From: Hyphomicrobiales bacterium
GTDB taxonomy: Bacteria; Pseudomonadota; Alphaproteobacteria; Rhizobiales; Beijerinckiaceae
DNA length: 64,000 nucleotides
Reading direction: 5' to 3'
Assembly (NCBI GenBank): GCA_019247605.1
Contig: JAFBAS010000048.1
Span: 2,843 to 66,842 of the forward strand
Shown here: positions 10,391 to 21,163 of the stretch, in pieces
How the letters are laid out: each line of letters opens with the position of its first letter
How positions within the stretch are numbered: the stretch's first letter is position 1
Position numbers and translations under genes: made by a program
The notes under the pieces: model-generated
Databases searched by the model: none
What the model was told of the DNA's origin: nothing
The model's input: the letters and a program-made list of their open reading frames with translations, nothing else

Positions 10391-10975
10391 TCAATAAGGC
10401 GTTCCTTCCTTTCGCTTGCTCGCGAGCGCCTCGGCATACCATTCGAACTCCGCGAGGAAACGGGTCGCGGCTTTGTCGATCCAGGCTTCCTTCGAATGTC
10501 CCTCCTCGGTCAGGGTGCTGCCGATTGTCGGAATGGAAAGCACCGACGGCAGGCTCGGCATGCCGAGCTCCGCGAGGATGGTTCTGAGCGCCACGGCGGC
10601 GCGCACGCCGGCGAAGCGCCCGGCCGAATAGGAGACGATCGTCGAGGGTCGCCAGAAATACTCCTCGAGAAAATGGTCGAGCAGGTTCTTGAGGGCCGGC
10701 TGCACGGATTGGTTGTACTCGCCCGACACGATCACAAAACCGTCAGCGCGCCGATAAAGCGCGGCGAGCTCCTCGAGAACCTTCGGTGCCTTCCCTTTCG
10801 GGTATTCCTTATACATCCGATCGAGCAGAGGGAGCTTCTTCTCCGCAGGATCGACCAGCACGGGCTCGTGTCCCCGCGCCTCGAGCATTCTGATGACATA
10901 TCGCGCAGCCTTGATGCCTTGGCGGTCCGAGCGGACCGATCCGAGAAGAACGGGGAGCATGAGACCCATAGTCAT
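10391..10975 (-). CDS. NADPH-dependent FMN reductase (flavodoxin-like)
   Basis: VLLGSVR, ADGFVIVSGEYNQS..PALKNLLD, SYSAGRFAGVRA. Confidence 0.9.
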   Translation of the reverse strand: MTMGLMLPVLLGSVRSDRQGIKAARYVIRMLEARGHEPVLVDPAEKKLPLLDRMYKEYPKGKAPKVLEELAALYRRADGFVIVSGEYNQSVQPALKNLLDHFLEEYFWRPSTIVSYSAGRFAGVRAAVALRTILAELGMPSLPSVLSIPTIGSTLTEEGHSKEAWIDKAATRFLAEFEWYAEALASKRKEGTPY

Positions 10976-11107
10976 CTCCTCTGCCTGAAGAGGCGGGTCT
11001 TGCTTTTATAGCGCTTTCGATGCTTGAGCGCTTCCGGAGAACGGGAGCGTCGCTCCGGCAAGATCGTCCCGCGCGTTCTCCTTGTCCCAAGACGGAGAAT
11101 TCCGAAA

Positions 11108-11869
11108 ATGATCGACCCCACTTCGCTCGCCGACAAGGCGGCGCTCGTCATCGGTGGCTCCGGCGGCATCGGTGCGGCGACCGCGGAACTCTTCGCGCGG
11201 GCGGGAGCGCGGGTCGCGATCACGCACCGTCCCGGAAGCGAAAAGGAAGCCGTCGCGAAGGCGATCCTCGCCAAGCTCCCAGGGAAGGGGCATGCGGCCT
11301 TTCCCGCGGATGTGGCGGATACCGCATCGCTCATTGCATTGCGCGAGGCGATCGAAAGCCGTTTCTCGCGCCTCGATGTCCTGGTGAACACTTCAGGGTT
11401 CACCAAGCCCGTGCCGCATGGCGATCTCGATGCGCTCGATGATGAATTCATCGACCGGATGTTCGCGGTCAATTGGCGCGGCCAATTCGCTGCGATCCGC
11501 ACCTTCGCGACTCTCTTGAGGGCCTCGGGCGATGGCCTCATTGTGTCCGTGTCCTCAGTCGCGGGAAGCTCTGGAAACGGCTCGAATATCGCCTATGGGG
11601 CCGCGAAGGCGGGCATCGATGTCATGACGAAATCACTCGCGCGTGTTCTTGCCCCGCAAGTAAGAGTCGTCGGGGTCGCACCGGGCGCCGTGGACACGAG
11701 CTTTGTGCCCGGCCGCGGCGCGGAATTCAACGCCAAGGCTGCTGCCGCCACGCCTCTCAGGCGCATAGCAAGCGCGAAAGATGTCGCGGCGACGGTGCTC
11801 GCCTGCGCCACCCATCTCACTTTCGTCACCGGCACGACCATTCGCGTCGACGGCGGGCGCTCCCTTTGA
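11108..11869 (+). CDS. Short-chain dehydrogenase/reductase
   Basis: GGSGGIG, LDVLVNTSG, YGAAK (YxxxK), VAPGAVDT; ATG at 11108. Confidence 0.9.
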   Translation: MIDPTSLADKAALVIGGSGGIGAATAELFARAGARVAITHRPGSEKEAVAKAILAKLPGKGHAAFPADVADTASLIALREAIESRFSRLDVLVNTSGFTKPVPHGDLDALDDEFIDRMFAVNWRGQFAAIRTFATLLRASGDGLIVSVSSVAGSSGNGSNIAYGAAKAGIDVMTKSLARVLAPQVRVVGVAPGAVDTSFVPGRGAEFNAKAAAATPLRRIASAKDVAATVLACATHLTFVTGTTIRVDGGRSL

Positions 11870-11976
11870 GTGAACTCGATGCGCCGGCAGCCCAGCGCGG
11901 CAATTCACCTCGTGCTCGTCAACTGATAAGACCGACCCGGCGGCAAGATCGCCTGCCGTGTTCTCGAGAATGTCTT

Positions 11977-12804
11977 ATGAATCAAGTCCAAAGCGTGAGG
12001 GGTACGGCCTCACTACAATTCGAGCCAGCGCTCGTCAGGGTCGAAGGCGTAACCCTTCAGTACAAGACGCCGGACCATCTCGTCACCGCGACCTATCGCG
12101 TGAGCCTCGATATTTTCAAGACGGACCGGCTCGTGCTGCTCGGGCCTTCAGGCTGCGGGAAATCGACGCTACTCAAGGCCATTGCAGGGTTCCTCAAGCC
12201 GGTGGAAGGCTCGATCACCCTCAAGGGCAAGCCGATCGACGCGCCCGGGCCGGATCGCATGATGGTGTTCCAGGAATTCGATCAGCTTCTCCCGTGGAAG
12301 ACGGTGAGAGCCAATGTCGCCTTTCCGATGAGCGTCAATGGCGTCGCACACGACGAGGTGAGAGCGCGGGCAAACGAGGCGATCGCCAAGGTCAATCTGA
12401 CGAAATTCGCCGACGCCTATCCGCATATGCTGTCGGGCGGCATGAAGCAGCGCGTCGCAATCGCGCGGGCCATGGCGATGAGGCCCGATGTGCTTCTCAT
12501 GGACGAGCCTTACGCGGCGCTCGACGCGCTCACCCGGCGCAAGATGCAAGATGAGCTTTTGCAGCTCTGGCAAGATGTGCGTTTCACTCTCGTCTTCGTC
12601 ACCCATTCGATCGAGGAGGCCGTTGTGATCGGCTCGCGCATCGTGGTGCTGTCCCCGCACCCCGGACAGGTACGCGCCGAGCTCAACAGCGGCTTTGCAC
12701 AAAGCGACCGGGACGCGCCTCGTTTCCAGCAATTGACGACACGCATCTCGCACATGCTTTTCGATGCGGAAGCGGTCTCGCCGGAGAAGGGCCCGAAGCC
12801 ATGA
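11977..12804 (+). CDS. NitT/TauT/SsuB-type ABC ATP-binding protein
   Basis: [32 protein letters not shown]. Confidence 0.92.
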   Translation: MNQVQSVRGTASLQFEPALVRVEGVTLQYKTPDHLVTATYRVSLDIFKTDRLVLLGPSGCGKSTLLKAIAGFLKPVEGSITLKGKPIDAPGPDRMMVFQEFDQLLPWKTVRANVAFPMSVNGVAHDEVRARANEAIAKVNLTKFADAYPHMLSGGMKQRVAIARAMAMRPDVLLMDEPYAALDALTRRKMQDELLQLWQDVRFTLVFVTHSIEEAVVIGSRIVVLSPHPGQVRAELNSGFAQSDRDAPRFQQLTTRISHMLFDAEAVSPEKGPKP

Positions 12805-13685
12805 GCGACACCGGCAGCAGCCTTGTGCCGACGCGCCCTGAATTCGAGCGGCAGGTGTCGGCGCCCATCGGACTCGGCGACGTGGCAAAGCCGCTGTCCT
12901 TTGTCGAAAGGCTCGGCGCCAATTCCGCTTTTCGTCGCGGCATCATTCTTGTCGCTCTTGCGCTCGCATGGGAGCTTTACGCGCGCTGGCTCGCGAGCCC
13001 CCTCACCTTCCCGACCTTTCTGGAAACGCTCGCGGCGCTGCGCGACGGGATCGTCTCCGGCGTCATTCCGCAGCGGCTTTCCGTGACGCTCGAGACGCTC
13101 GTTGTCGGCTACGCCATCGGGCTTGTGATCGCGGCGCTGTTCACCACGGCCGCGGTGACGACGAGGTTCGGCACGGACCTCCTCTCGACTTTCACGGCGA
13201 TGTTCAACCCGCTGCCCGCGATCGCGCTTTTGCCGCTTGCGCTTCTATGGTTCGGGCTCGGGCGTCCTTCGCTCATCTTCGTGATCGTGCATTCGGTGCT
13301 GTGGGCGGTCGCGCTCAACATGCATTCGGGATTCCTCTCGGTCTCGGAGACCTTGCGCATGGCCGGGCGCACCTTCGGCCTGCGTGGGATGGGATTTGTT
13401 TTCAGAATCCTCATTCCCGCGGCCTTTCCGGCGATCCTCGCAGGCCTCAAGATCGGCTGGGCCTTCGCCTGGCGCACGCTCATCGCCGCCGAACTCGTCT
13501 TTGGCGTTTCCTCAGGTCAGGGCGGGCTCGGCTGGTTCATTTTCGAGAACCGCAACACGCTCGACACCGCCTCGGTGTTCGCCGGGCTCCTTACGGTGAT
13601 GGCGGTCGGCCTCGTGGTCGAAGGCGTGATCTTCCGCTTCCTGGAGGCGCGCACCATCCGTCGCTGGGGCATGCAGAACGGATGA
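12801..13685 (+). CDS. NitT/TauT/SsuC-type ABC permease
   Basis: Six TM segments, PLPAIALLPL, AWRTLIAAEL; ATGA overlap with the ATPase. Confidence 0.92.
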   Translation: MSDTGSSLVPTRPEFERQVSAPIGLGDVAKPLSFVERLGANSAFRRGIILVALALAWELYARWLASPLTFPTFLETLAALRDGIVSGVIPQRLSVTLETLVVGYAIGLVIAALFTTAAVTTRFGTDLLSTFTAMFNPLPAIALLPLALLWFGLGRPSLIFVIVHSVLWAVALNMHSGFLSVSETLRMAGRTFGLRGMGFVFRILIPAAFPAILAGLKIGWAFAWRTLIAAELVFGVSSGQGGLGWFIFENRNTLDTASVFAGLLTVMAVGLVVEGVIFRFLEARTIRRWGMQNG

Positions 13686-13757
13686 AGGCCCGGATGCCAA
13701 ATTCACCGCCGCCGGTCCTCGACGCAGAGGTGACCCGTCACGGACGCAATCCGCCCC

Positions 13758-14183
13758 TCACGCTTCGGCGTCAGGAATGACGGCTATCGCATCGACCTCG
13801 ACCAGCCATTCGGGGCGCGCCAAAGCGGAGACGACGATCCCGGTCGAGACCGGATGCACGCCTTTCAGCCATTTGCCGACGGCGCGATAGACCGGCTCGC
13901 GATAGCGTGGGTCGATGATGTAGATCGTGATCTTGCAAATGTGCTCGAGTTTCGCTCCCCCCTCTTCGAGCAGCATCTTGATGTTCGCCATCGCCTTCTC
14001 GGCTTGCCCGGCCGGGTCGCCGATCGCGACGCTCTTCGCCGTGTCGAGGTCCTGTCCGACCTGACCGCGCACGAACACCATCGTGCCGCGTGCGACGACC
14101 GCCTGACAAAGATCGTTGTCGAGCTTCTGTTCGGGGTAGGTATCACGCGTATTGAACTTACGGATGCGCTTATGTGTCGTCAT
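13758..14183 (-). CDS. RidA/YjgF family protein
   Basis: MTTHKRIRKFNTRDTYPEQKLDNDLCQAV, VRGQVGQD, LARPEWLVEVDAIAVI. Confidence 0.9.
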   Translation of the reverse strand: MTTHKRIRKFNTRDTYPEQKLDNDLCQAVVARGTMVFVRGQVGQDLDTAKSVAIGDPAGQAEKAMANIKMLLEEGGAKLEHICKITIYIIDPRYREPVYRAVGKWLKGVHPVSTGIVVSALARPEWLVEVDAIAVIPDAEA

Positions 14184-14361
14184 GAGGCCGTTCCGCCGCG
14201 CTCGCCGGCTGGGTCTTGCATTCGATGCGTTTCCTTTCGTCTCGATAACCGATAAAGCGCGTTTGCGCGAGCACCCTTCGCAGGACCGACAAAGCGCGGG
14301 GGCAATCACGTCGCGCCCTTACGATCTCCGCTCTGGATTGACGCGTGCGTCTGCGCGAAAC

Positions 14362-14634
14362 TCAATAGCCCTTGATCCGCACGCCTCCATAGTGGCGCGC
14401 ACATCGCTCGATCTGTGCTTCCCTGATGGATTTCGTCCCCCTCGGACATGTGCCCGTCGGGCAGAATTTGGCCCGAACCTCGTGGCGGCAGATATTGTAA
14501 TAGCTGTTGGCGCCATAACCGGCGCCGCCATATCCGCCGCCACCTCCTGTTCCGCCTCCGCCGCCTTCGGCGAGGCAAGGTGAGCTCAACGCGACGATCG
14601 CCGAGGCGAGAAGCCAGAGGGTTGGTTTCGACAT
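14362..14634 (-). CDS. Small secreted glycine- and cysteine-rich hypothetical protein (90 aa)
   Basis: GGAGG 6 nt before ATG 14634; signal peptide MSKPTLWLLASAIVALSSPCLA; Gly-rich tract; C-x8-C-x4-C-x14-C. Confidence 0.7.
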   Translation of the reverse strand: MSKPTLWLLASAIVALSSPCLAEGGGGGTGGGGGYGGAGYGANSYYNICRHEVRAKFCPTGTCPRGTKSIREAQIERCARHYGGVRIKGY

Positions 14635-14724
14635 TGGCAACCTCCATGCTTGGAATGTGACGAGATTGGCATGTTTCCGGCCGCAGGATAATCTCCATTT
14701 TACTTCAGGAAACTTGGCGGACGC

Positions 14725-15402
14725 ATGACCTTCTCGATCCTTGGATTTTGCCCGCGAAGCGGCATGTTGGGGATGGCGGTGTCCTCATCGAGCCCCGCCG
14801 TCGCCGCCCGTTGCGCCCATGCGCGAGCGCGCGTGGGCGTGGTCGCGACGCAAAACATAACCGACCCGTCGCTCGGGCCAAAAGGTCTCGACCTCCTCGA
14901 GGCAGAGAGCGATATCGAGCACGCGCTCGAACACCTCAAGGCGCAAACTCCTCATATCGAATATCGCCAGCTCGTGATCCTCGATCGAAACGGCAAGAGC
15001 GCGGGCTTTTCCGGAACGAAGACGCTCGGCACCCATGCACTCGTGCTTGGGCGCAATGGCGCCGCGGCGGGAAATCTTCTCCAGAACATCGAGGTGCCGT
15101 CACGTATGCTGGCGTGTTTCGAGGAGAAGGAGACGCTCGACCTCGGCGACCGGCTCGTCGATGCGTTGATGGCGGGCCTGAGCGCCGGCGGAGAAGCAGG
15201 GCCGGTGCATTCGGCCGGGCTTCTCATGGTACGCGACGTGCCCTGGCCGGTCGCCGATCTGCGCGTCGATTGGCATGACGAAGATCCGATCGGCGAGCTC
15301 GCCAAGCTGTGGAAGCGCTACAAGCCGCAAATGGACGATTACGTGACGCGCGCACTCGATCCCGATCAAGCGCCGTCCTATGGAGTGCCCGGAGAGAAAT
15401 AG
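14725..15402 (+). CDS. DUF1028 family protein (Ntn-hydrolase-like)
   Basis: MTFSI N-terminus, GVVATQN, AAGNLL, GGEAGPVHSAGL, DLRVDW..DPI.EL. Confidence 0.9.
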   Translation: MTFSILGFCPRSGMLGMAVSSSSPAVAARCAHARARVGVVATQNITDPSLGPKGLDLLEAESDIEHALEHLKAQTPHIEYRQLVILDRNGKSAGFSGTKTLGTHALVLGRNGAAAGNLLQNIEVPSRMLACFEEKETLDLGDRLVDALMAGLSAGGEAGPVHSAGLLMVRDVPWPVADLRVDWHDEDPIGELAKLWKRYKPQMDDYVTRALDPDQAPSYGVPGEK

Positions 15403-15425
15403 CCGAAGGCGAAACTCGAACCCGC

Positions 15426-17009
15426 CTATCCGGGCAGTACGCGAAAGAGCGGCTCGCGCCCGAGAAGCCTGCCCAAGGTTTTCATGCGGCTCATCAGGCG
15501 CTCCCCGGCGAGGGGGCCGAGCGCCGCGGGAAGGGTGAGTACGAGCCGGCCGCCTTCGAGCACCAGGGGTGTACGACCGAGCACTCCCGACATGCCGGCC
15601 GCGATCAGGGAGGCGACGCGGAACGCCGCGCCTAGGACGCGGGCCCGGTCAAGCCCACGTGCGCTCGCGAGCTCGCGAATGCTCGGCGTGCTGCGCGCAT
15701 CGGCCGAGAAGCCAGCATGACGGAAATAAACGGCAAGCGCGAGATAGGCGCGGCTTGGATGATCGACGCCGAAAAAGGGAGCGTGGGCAACTGTGTTCAA
15801 GCTTTGCTCACCACGGTAATCCGGATGTGCGCTCCACCCGATGTCGCTCAGTAGGCAAGCCGCGTGGCGCAAACGCGCTTCGCCCTGTGTTTCGTCGAAG
15901 GGCAAGGTCGCGAAGAATTCATCGCTCCAGGAAATCAGGTCGCCGGCATGTGCGGGGTCGCGCGCACGCGCTTGGTTCATCTCGCTTGCAGCCACGATGA
16001 GCGGGTCGGCGCGCCGCTCGGCCTCGGTCAGCTGCTCGTAGACGAGCCCTTCGCGCACGCCCGTTGCCGAGATCACGACTTCCTTGGGCTTGCCGATCCG
16101 GATGATCTCGTCGAGCACCAGAGCGCCGTAGGCGAGAAGCGGGCGGCGCGCCACATTGACCGCCGCGATCGAATCCAGCGTGTCGGCGTTCACGCGCTCG
16201 ACGAGCTTCACGAACTCGACTGCGTCACGCACCGGGATGACGTAGCCGTGCATCACTTGAAGCGGGTAAGCGCGCTGCCCGATGTGCAGTCGCGCCAGCG
16301 CCCGGAATGTGCCGCCGACCGCATAGAAGGGGCGCCCCTTCACGAGACGCATGACCGCACAGGATTCGAGGGTCTCCCGCACGATCTTCTCGGCCTTCTT
16401 GAGCGAACCGCCCGCTTCGTCCATCAGCGCCAATCCGCCAAGCTTGAGCGAAGTGCCTTCCCCGATCTTCTCTTTCTTGAGCGAGACCAGCTCGAGCGAG
16501 CCGCCCCCGAGATCGCCCGCGACGCCATCCGGTTCGTGCAAGCCGCACACGACGCCCAGAGCGGAAAGCTCCGCCTCGCGTTCGCCCGAGAGAAGCTCGG
16601 GTTTCGCTTCCACGAGGTCCTGCACGCGCGAAAGGAAATCCGAGCCGTTCTGCGCATCGCGGGCCGCCGCCGTCGCGACGACACGCATATGCTTCACATT
16701 CATTTCGGCGCAGAGGACGCGAAAGCGCCCGATCGAGGCAAGCGCCTTATCGACGGAATCATCGGCAAGGCGACCGGTCGAGCGAACGGCGCGGCCCAAC
16801 CCGCACAAGGCCTTCTCGTTGAACTGAACGAGAGGCGCGCGCGAGACCTTGTCGAAGACGACGAGGCGCACGGAATTCGAGCCGATATCGACGACCGCAA
16901 AACGTTCCGCGGGCGGCAAGCGCCCGGGGAAGGGGATCGGCAGGCGCTCAGCGCTTTCCGGTCTTCTCAAAGAGGCGCTTGGGCCCTGATTCACGTAACG
17001 ATCGTCCAC
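15426..17009 (-). CDS. ppx: Exopolyphosphatase Ppx/GppA
   Basis: [34 protein letters not shown]-like C-terminal part; start codon uncertain. Confidence 0.93.
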   Translation of the reverse strand: MDDRYVNQGPSASLRRPESAERLPIPFPGRLPPAERFAVVDIGSNSVRLVVFDKVSRAPLVQFNEKALCGLGRAVRSTGRLADDSVDKALASIGRFRVLCAEMNVKHMRVVATAAARDAQNGSDFLSRVQDLVEAKPELLSGEREAELSALGVVCGLHEPDGVAGDLGGGSLELVSLKKEKIGEGTSLKLGGLALMDEAGGSLKKAEKIVRETLESCAVMRLVKGRPFYAVGGTFRALARLHIGQRAYPLQVMHGYVIPVRDAVEFVKLVERVNADTLDSIAAVNVARRPLLAYGALVLDEIIRIGKPKEVVISATGVREGLVYEQLTEAERRADPLIVAASEMNQARARDPAHAGDLISWSDEFFATLPFDETQGEARLRHAACLLSDIGWSAHPDYRGEQSLNTVAHAPFFGVDHPSRAYLALAVYFRHAGFSADARSTPSIRELASARGLDRARVLGAAFRVASLIAAGMSGVLGRTPLVLEGGRLVLTLPAALGPLAGERLMSRMKTLGRLLGREPLFRVLPG

Positions 17010-19290
17010 GTCCTGAAAGGCTCGGATTGGTCATGAAGTAGTGGTGCGCATTGAACGGAGCTTCACCCGGCTTTGGCACGATGCGCACGCTCGTCCCTTC
17101 AGGCGTGAACCGCCAGCTCTGCTGGTTGTCGCGCAGATTGGCCACCATGATTTGATCGAGGATCTGCTCATGCACCGTCGGGTTGTCGATCGGCAGCATC
17201 GCCTCGACGCGACGATCGAGGTTGCGCGTCATGAGATCGGCCGACGAGATGTAGACATGGGCTTTTTCATGGGGAAGTCCATGGCCTCCGCCGAAGCAGT
17301 AAATGCGGCCGTGCTCGAGAAAGCGCCCGACGATCGACTTCACACGAATGTTCTCGGAAAGACCCGGCACGCCGGGCCTCAAGCAGCAAATTCCGCGCAC
17401 GATGAGCTCTATGCGGACCCCCGCCTGACTCGCCCGATAGAGCGCATCGATCACCTGCGGATCCACGAGTGAATTGCATTTGCCCCAAATGGCGGCTGGC
17501 CGGCCCGCTTTGGCGTGCGCAATCTCTTCGTTGATATGCTCGAAAAGGCGCTTCCTCAGCGTCCCTGGAGATACGCTCATGCGCTCGAGCTCGCCGGGCT
17601 CAGCATAACCGGTGATGAAGTTGAAGATGCGCGCCACATCGCGAGCGATCACGGGATTGGCGGTAAAATAGGAAAGATCGGTGTAGATTTTCGCGGTCGC
17701 GGGATGGTAATTGCCGGTCGCGACATGGCAATAGCTCGTCAACTGGCCGCCTTCGCGGCGCACGACCTGCGAAAGCTTGGCATGCGTCTTCAGCTCGACG
17801 AATCCGAACACGACCTGCGCGCCGGCGCGCTCGAGATCGCGCGCCCAACGAATGTTGGCCTCTTCGTCGAAGCGCGCCTTGAGCTCGACGAGCGCCGTCA
17901 CCGATTTGCCGGCCTCGGCGGCTTCCGCGAGCGTCTTGACGATCGGGGAATCCGATGAGGTTCGATAAAGCGTCTGCTTGATCGCGATGACGTTGGGATC
18001 GCGCGCCGCCTGCTGCAGGAATTGCACCACGACATCGAAGGATTCGTAGGGGTGGTGAACCACGAAATCCTTCTCGCGGATGGCGGCGAAGCAATCGCCG
18101 CCATGTTCGCGCACGCGCTCGGGAAAACGCGGAGTGTACGGCTTGAATTTGAGGTCCGGACGGTCATCTCCGATGAGTTGGGAGAGCTCGTTCAAGGCGA
18201 GCATGCCCTCCACGACGAAGGTCTCCTCGGCGGTCACGTCGAGTTCCTCGGCAAGGAAGCTTCGCAGCCCCTCGGGCATGCGCGCCTCGACCTCGAGCCG
18301 GATCACGTCGCCACGCCGGCGCCGCTTGAGCAGCGTCTCGAACATGCGAAGCAAATCCTCCGCCTCTTCCTCGATCTCGAGATCGCTGTCACGAATGACG
18401 CGAAAACCGCCAAGCCCCTTCACAACGTGGCCGGGAAAGAGCTTGTGGACGAAAGCACCGATGATCTGTTCGAGCGCGACGAAACGCGTCTGGCCCGTCT
18501 GGGAAAGGTCGGGAAGGCGCACGAATCGCGCGATTTTTTGGGGGACCCGCACGAGCGCGTTGAGCGGGCGCCCGTCCGCCTGCCGCACGAGATTGACCCC
18601 GAGCGAGAAGGCAAGGTTGGGGATGAAAGGAAAGGGATGGGCCGGATCGATGGCGAGCGGCGTGAGCACCGGGAAGATATGTTCGAGAAAATGACCTTCG
18701 AGCCAATTGCGCTCGAGCGGCGAAAGCTCGGACGCGTTGAGGATGAGGATGCCCTCCTCGGCCATTTCGGCGCGCAATTCACGCAAGCGCTGTTGCTGAT
18801 CACTCGCGAGCGTCGCCACCTCGACGCCGATCTTTTCGAGCTGTTCGGCAGGATCCATTCCGTCCTGGGAGCGCAGCACGACCTTGGCGTGGAGCTGCTC
18901 GCGCAGGCCTGAGACCCGCACCATGAAGAACTCGTCGAGATTGTTCGCCGAGATCGAGAGAAAACGAAGCTGCTCGAGAAGCGGGTGGTCGCGGTTCGAG
19001 GCCTCTTCCATGACGCGGCGATTGAAACGCAGCCAGGACAATTCGCGATTGACGAAGCGCTCAGGCGACTTGGAGAGATCAGGTGACTTGGAGAGATCAG
19101 GTGACTTGGAGAGATCAGGCGACTTGGCGAGATCAGGCGACTTGGAGAGATCAGGTGATTTGGAGAGATCGGACACATGGGCCGATGGGGAAGCTTTGGA
19201 GGCAACTTCCTTCGGCTGCGCCATCCGTTCCACGCCATCCTCCGGCCGCGTTCGTTCGAGCGGTTTTGCGACTGTGACGAGCTTCGCCAC
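16948..19290 (-). CDS. ppk1: Polyphosphate kinase 1
   Basis: [61 protein letters not shown]. Confidence 0.96.
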   Translation of the reverse strand: MAKLVTVAKPLERTRPEDGVERMAQPKEVASKASPSAHVSDLSKSPDLSKSPDLAKSPDLSKSPDLSKSPDLSKSPERFVNRELSWLRFNRRVMEEASNRDHPLLEQLRFLSISANNLDEFFMVRVSGLREQLHAKVVLRSQDGMDPAEQLEKIGVEVATLASDQQQRLRELRAEMAEEGILILNASELSPLERNWLEGHFLEHIFPVLTPLAIDPAHPFPFIPNLAFSLGVNLVRQADGRPLNALVRVPQKIARFVRLPDLSQTGQTRFVALEQIIGAFVHKLFPGHVVKGLGGFRVIRDSDLEIEEEAEDLLRMFETLLKRRRRGDVIRLEVEARMPEGLRSFLAEELDVTAEETFVVEGMLALNELSQLIGDDRPDLKFKPYTPRFPERVREHGGDCFAAIREKDFVVHHPYESFDVVVQFLQQAARDPNVIAIKQTLYRTSSDSPIVKTLAEAAEAGKSVTALVELKARFDEEANIRWARDLERAGAQVVFGFVELKTHAKLSQVVRREGGQLTSYCHVATGNYHPATAKIYTDLSYFTANPVIARDVARIFNFITGYAEPGELERMSVSPGTLRKRLFEHINEEIAHAKAGRPAAIWGKCNSLVDPQVIDALYRASQAGVRIELIVRGICCLRPGVPGLSENIRVKSIVGRFLEHGRIYCFGGGHGLPHEKAHVYISSADLMTRNLDRRVEAMLPIDNPTVHEQILDQIMVANLRDNQQSWRFTPEGTSVRIVPKPGEAPFNAHHYFMTNPSLSGRGRSLRESGPKRLFEKTGKR
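19061..19168. repeat. 6 x 18-bp tandem repeat inside ppk1 (encodes LSKSPD x6)
   Basis: Units tcaggYgaYttggMgaga start at 19061, 19079, 19097, 19115, 19133 and 19151. Confidence 0.97.
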
Positions 19291-19589
19291 TTGCCTCTCC
19301 CGTTCTCTGTTTGGACTTGCCTATTGTCGACCTCTTTGATGACCTTACTGCGGCGAGGATGCAACAGGGCCTCGGCGACTTCACCGAACAGGGTTATTAT
19401 CAAGATTTCGAGAAGGGGCCATCAAAATTCGAGCCAATCACGCCGGAAGCCCTTATATGTGCGCCGTCGCGTTCGGGGCCGAGGGAGCGCCGAGTGCTTT
19501 GAAGGCCCCCGAAAAGCTATCGAACCGGAATATTTTTCCGAAAACCGCAATCTCCTGGACGCGTTTGCGCGTCAAAAGGGCCACCGACT

Positions 19590-20642
19590 TTGCCGAAACC
19601 CGCCTCCCTTGTCGCTGTTGCGACTGCCGTGCCGCCTCACCTCATGGTGCAAAAGGAGGTGGCTGCGCTTGCCGAGACCGTTTTCGCCGCGCGCTATCCC
19701 TCATTCGATCGGCTGGCGCGGGTCTTCGAAAGCTCGGGGATCAGGACGCGCTATGCCGTGCGGCCAGCGGATTGGTACCTTTCCGAGCCCGGTTGGCCCG
19801 AGCGGACCGCCGCTTACCTTGAAGGCGCGGACGCGCTTTTCGCGCGTGTGGCGAGAGAAGCGCTCGGGACGGCGGGTCTGAAGGCGGGGGAAATCGACAC
19901 CGTCGTGACCGTCTCGTCGACCGGCATCGCGACACCAAGCCTCGAGGCGCGTGCCTTGGGCCGCATGGGATTTCGCAGGGACGTGATGCGAGTTCCAGTG
20001 TTCGGGCTCGGTTGCGCCGGGGGCGTTTCCGGATTTTCGGTGGCCGCGCGCTTGGCGCAGGCGCGCCCTGGGACCAACGTCCTCCTCGTCGTGATCGAGC
20101 TGTGCACGCTCGCCTCTCGGCCTGATAGCCTCACCAAGGCCAATATCGTCGCGACCGCGCTATTCGGGGACGGAGCCGCGGCCTGCGTATTGCGCGCGGG
20201 AGAGGGTGGCCTCGCCGAGATCGAGTGCGGGGGCGAATACACCTGGCCCGAAACGCTCGACCTCATGGGTTGGGACGTGGACCCGCAAGGTTTTGGCGTG
20301 ATCTTCGCGCGCGCCATTCCGCCATTCGTGGAAGCAAATCTGCGCGTCGCCGTGGATGACGTGCTCCACAGACAAAGCCTTGCGCTCAACGATGTCGACC
20401 GCTTCGTCTGCCATCCCGGTGGCGCCAAGGTCGTCACGGCACTCGAGCGCGCGCTTTCGCTCCCGCAAGGCTCGCTCGATCATGAGCGCGAAGTCCTCGC
20501 CGATTACGGCAACATGTCCGCTCCGACCGTGTTCTTCGTGCTCGAGCGCGTTTTGAAACAGGGCTTGCCGGGGCGCGCCGTTCTCAGTGCGCTCGGGCCT
20601 GGCTTCACCGCAAGCCTCGTCTCGTTGAAGAGAGCCGCGTGA
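19590..20642 (+). CDS. Type III polyketide synthase (SrsA/BpsA-like)
   Basis: Catalytic triad Cys (GLGCAGG), His (CHPGG), Asn (GNMS); LFGDGAAA; TTG start. Confidence 0.93.
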   Translation: MPKPASLVAVATAVPPHLMVQKEVAALAETVFAARYPSFDRLARVFESSGIRTRYAVRPADWYLSEPGWPERTAAYLEGADALFARVAREALGTAGLKAGEIDTVVTVSSTGIATPSLEARALGRMGFRRDVMRVPVFGLGCAGGVSGFSVAARLAQARPGTNVLLVVIELCTLASRPDSLTKANIVATALFGDGAAACVLRAGEGGLAEIECGGEYTWPETLDLMGWDVDPQGFGVIFARAIPPFVEANLRVAVDDVLHRQSLALNDVDRFVCHPGGAKVVTALERALSLPQGSLDHEREVLADYGNMSAPTVFFVLERVLKQGLPGRAVLSALGPGFTASLVSLKRAA

Positions 20643-21142
20643 CGGGGGCGCCGATCCTCCTCGGCTTCGTCACGCTGCAGCGCGGCGCGGAACTCATCCT
20701 CGCAAAGCACAACACGAAGCGTCTCTTGGCCGAGGGCGCGATCGAAGCCGCGCCGGCGCATTATTCGATCATCGTGGCTTTGCACACAACTTGGCTTCTC
20801 GGCCTCTGGACTCTCGCTTTCGACGAGTATGTACGCATCGGATGGCTTCTCGCCTTCGTGGTGTTGCAGCTCTTGCGCATCTGGGTGATCGCGACGCTTC
20901 GCGGACGCTGGACAACGCGCATCATCGTCGCGCCCGGAGCCACCCTTGTGCGCCGTGGACCCTATCGGTTTTTCGCACATCCGAACTATTTGGTCGTGGC
21001 GGGTGAGATCGCGGTCCTGCCGCTCGCGCTCGGGCTTGCCTGGTATGCGCTGGCCTTCTCGCTTGCAAATGCCACGGTGCTCGCGATCCGCATTCGCGCC
21101 GAAAATGCAGCTTTGCGCATGTCGTCCCACCCATCTTCGTGA
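20639..21142 (+). CDS. Isoprenylcysteine carboxyl methyltransferase family protein (SrsB/BpsB-like)
   Basis: QRGAEL, LRGRWTTRI, GPYRFFAHPNYLVV, RIRAENAAL; GTGA overlap with the PKS. Confidence 0.9.
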   Translation: MTGAPILLGFVTLQRGAELILAKHNTKRLLAEGAIEAAPAHYSIIVALHTTWLLGLWTLAFDEYVRIGWLLAFVVLQLLRIWVIATLRGRWTTRIIVAPGATLVRRGPYRFFAHPNYLVVAGEIAVLPLALGLAWYALAFSLANATVLAIRIRAENAALRMSSHPSS

Positions 21143-21163
21143 CGCGGTGACGCTTCGTGCCGG

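Noticed and set aside
16948-17009. 62-nt ppk1/ppx overlap
   Set aside because: Probably an over-extended ppx start call; a later TTG near LPPAERF removes the overlap
19061-19168. Short direct-repeat array as a possible CRISPR
   Set aside because: Units are contiguous with no spacers, 18 bp and in frame within ppk1; no cas genes nearby
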